Shown in pieces: positions 33,186 to 34,959 of a stretch of 34,959 nucleotides of DNA; positions within the stretch are counted from its first letter, which is position 1, and each line of letters begins with the position of its first letter. Location of the stretch: sequence record SRR2962707_744; one strand, written 5' to 3'. The notes beneath the pieces are model-generated. The model was given only the letters and a program-made list of their open reading frames with translations. It had not been told where the DNA came from and ran no database searches. A program made the translations under genes and the position numbers.

Positions 33186-34322
33186 TTAAGCCCCCAACCG
33201 CTTACGAGCGTTATCAGCAAGGTGTTCCATGGTCGCGGGTTTCAGATTAGTCAGTCTATACGCATCGAGTGAGGAAATACGCTTTTTCTCAACGGCTCCG
33301 CCAAGCATCTTAGGTAGTAAGTAACCAAAACGAGCAATTTGCGCTCCATAACCACCGCCACCGCTGGCTGGCTCGGCCTCTTCTTCTTCTATAAAAATTG
33401 GAATCTTTTTTGGAAGAGCGGCAGACCATCGTGTATAAAAATCTATATCCAATTCCAGCTCTGCAACACGGATTGCCGCGGCCTGCTTACTCGCGCCGAA
33501 CAACTTAGAAAGGTAATTAGCAATCAGCCGCGGCGATCGATCTTTCACCGCATTGTAAGAGTCAATAAATGGATCTTCAGGCATCATAATTGATGCTGCT
33601 ATATTATTGCAGAAACGCTCAGTGGAGTTTTTTAGAATGCCAGGATCTGAAACACCTGAACTACCGAGCAGGACATGAACCGATTCATGCATTAGCGTGA
33701 ATAACTTAGTCGCAGGCCGTTGAAATTTTGTGTTTATGAATATAGTGGGAAACTTGCCTGCTTCAGCGGAACAAAACCCTCTAAAACCATCCTGAACTTT
33801 ATCCGTTAGGACGATTACACCTGCATTCTCAAGCGCAACTCGCGTATTTTTAAATGTCTCAATCGGGTCAATTGTGTTATCTTTACGAAGTACAGGGCTA
33901 TAGAGCGCACCCAAGTGTTTTAATGCAGACTTCCGGTCTTTGATGGTAACCTTACCAACATTTTCATAAGGACAATTTTCCTCAAATATATCATCTGACA
34001 AATAACTCATTATTGAACGCACACGTTCAACTTTGTGTAATCCAGACCCTGTCAAAACCGCGGGGCTATTTCTGACAGTACGAAAATCAGGTATACTTTC
34101 AGCAACACTTACTTTTTCGAAAAATAAATACTGAACAGGAACAGACAGTGCGGAAGCAAGTGCGAAGATCCGCGCCTTACTTACTTTAGTAGGTTCGCCT
34201 TCCAATTGTTCTAAGATAGTCTGGTCGATGTTAGTTTCATCTGCCAAATTAGATAAAGAGAATTGCCGAGCGATTCTCAAGTTTTTTAACGTCTTAGAAT
34301 TTGGGGTTAATTTTAATGGCAT
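33186..34322 (-). CDS. XRE-HTH plus ImmA/IrrE-family zinc metallopeptidase
   Basis: N-terminal HTH (LR.ARQFSLSNLA...LASALSVP..YLF), PDFRT linker, FRGF, IFIN, FTLMHESVH (HExxH), ERFCNNIAASIMMP, FGASKQAAAIR. Start placed at ATG 34322. Confidence 0.9.
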   Translation of the reverse strand: MPLKLTPNSKTLKNLRIARQFSLSNLADETNIDQTILEQLEGEPTKVSKARIFALASALSVPVQYLFFEKVSVAESIPDFRTVRNSPAVLTGSGLHKVERVRSIMSYLSDDIFEENCPYENVGKVTIKDRKSALKHLGALYSPVLRKDNTIDPIETFKNTRVALENAGVIVLTDKVQDGFRGFCSAEAGKFPTIFINTKFQRPATKLFTLMHESVHVLLGSSGVSDPGILKNSTERFCNNIAASIMMPEDPFIDSYNAVKDRSPRLIANYLSKLFGASKQAAAIRVAELELDIDFYTRWSAALPKKIPIFIEEEEAEPASGGGGYGAQIARFGYLLPKMLGGAVEKKRISSLDAYRLTNLKPATMEHLADNARKRLGA

Positions 34323-34819
34323 GTACCGCAATCGCAAACGAAGTATGTTACAGATTAAACGACTTCTCTGGACTGCTCCAATTGGCTTTTGGCTTAAATC
34401 TTGCCCTGCCTATATTTCAAGAACTGGCCGTAATCCGCCGCACGCCACTTTATAGAAGGTTAAAGTCAATAGAGTCGCTATCAGGAGCTAGAACATTTGC
34501 TAATAAGAACGGTGAGTCAACTCTAAAGGCAGATATCGCCGAGATTAAGCGCCAACTATTAATATCAGACGATAAAATGAAGGGATGGGTAACAGTTTGC
34601 GCAATTGCAACGTTTTTGTTCGCGCTATCGGCTCTAGGTTTTTCTTATTTTGCAATCTTTGATCATGACTGCATGAGCGCTTGGATACCTACATCAACAT
34701 CCATCTTCCACTTCCTACCATTGCCAATCGCTCTGGCACTTCTTCACTACGTCAGTGGCAAGATATATGCCGACACAAAAACTAAGATTGATGCTGCTCA
34801 AAAGAAGTGCTTTCGGTAG
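34316..34819 (+). CDS. Hypothetical membrane protein (2-3 hydrophobic segments)
   Basis: Long open frame filling the gap to the tRNA; hydrophobic stretches LLQLAFGLNLALPIF, WVTVCAIATFLFALSALGFSYFAIF, IFHFLPLPIALALL. Start uncertain. Confidence 0.6.
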   Translation: MACTAIANEVCYRLNDFSGLLQLAFGLNLALPIFQELAVIRRTPLYRRLKSIESLSGARTFANKNGESTLKADIAEIKRQLLISDDKMKGWVTVCAIATFLFALSALGFSYFAIFDHDCMSAWIPTSTSIFHFLPLPIALALLHYVSGKIYADTKTKIDAAQKKCFR

Positions 34820-34847
34820 GAGGATAAACAATAAAATTTTCAACTTT

Positions 34848-34865
34848 GGACCCCGCGAGGACCCC
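34848..34865. repeat. GGACCCC direct repeat, 11-bp period
   Basis: GGACCCC at 34848-34854 and 34859-34865, about 70 bp from the tRNA 3' end. Confidence 0.5.
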
Positions 34866-34931
34866 ACAGTCAGAAATCCAGTTCTCACCAAAATGAAATT
34901 CAGTTTAAATATATGATTTTATGGAGGGTTA

Positions 34932-34959
34932 TGGTGAGCGCGCAGGGATTCGAACCCTG
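34932..34959 (-). tRNA. 3' part of a tRNA, probably tRNA-Lys; truncated by the window edge
   Basis: Minus strand CAGGG-TTCGAAT-CCCTG (T arm) + CGCGCTC-A-CCA. The anticodon is outside the window; Lys is inferred from recalled rhizobial tRNA-Lys 3' ends. Confidence 0.88.

Larger units (their letters stand above)
32496..34931. mobile_element. Small tRNA-anchored genomic islet or island remnant
   Basis: Abuts the tRNA 3' end; AT-richer in sampled lines (19/60 GC at 32941, 17/60 at 33961, 27/60 at 33901, versus 31/60 in pyrG at 22681); TA-like cargo. No integrase or second att copy found, so the left boundary is uncertain. Confidence 0.45.

Noticed and set aside
34932-34959. Firm tRNA isotype call
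   Set aside because: The anticodon is outside the window; Lys is a recollection-based guess.

Overview
This looks like alphaproteobacterial (Rhizobiales-like) chromosome, inferred from gene order and an alphaproteobacterial LexA box. The core backbone is gltA (partial), gltX, comEC, lexA ... moeA, moaC, trpC, trpD, ppiD, tpiA, secG, pyrG. Three accessory blocks are present. (1) Between lexA and moeA: an orphan puuB plus a complete type I secretion locus. Its divergent cargo combines a His-rich duplicated N-terminal domain, two cadherin/VCBS-like domains and three RTX-like modules, and its ABC ATPase has deviant motifs and a long C-terminal tail. (2) After pyrG: a five-gene Liv-type ABC importer with a Tat-signal binding protein, then a large MscS-family channel and chaA. 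(3) An AT-richer islet at the 3' end of a tRNA (probably Lys): an HTH-ImmA/IrrE metallopeptidase, a PIN/DUF4411-like partner with an apparently degenerate active site, and a head-to-head small membrane protein. The best candidates for something undescribed are the His-rich T1SS cargo system and the tRNA-linked protease/PIN-like/membrane module. All family assignments come from motifs recognised by eye; no searches were run.
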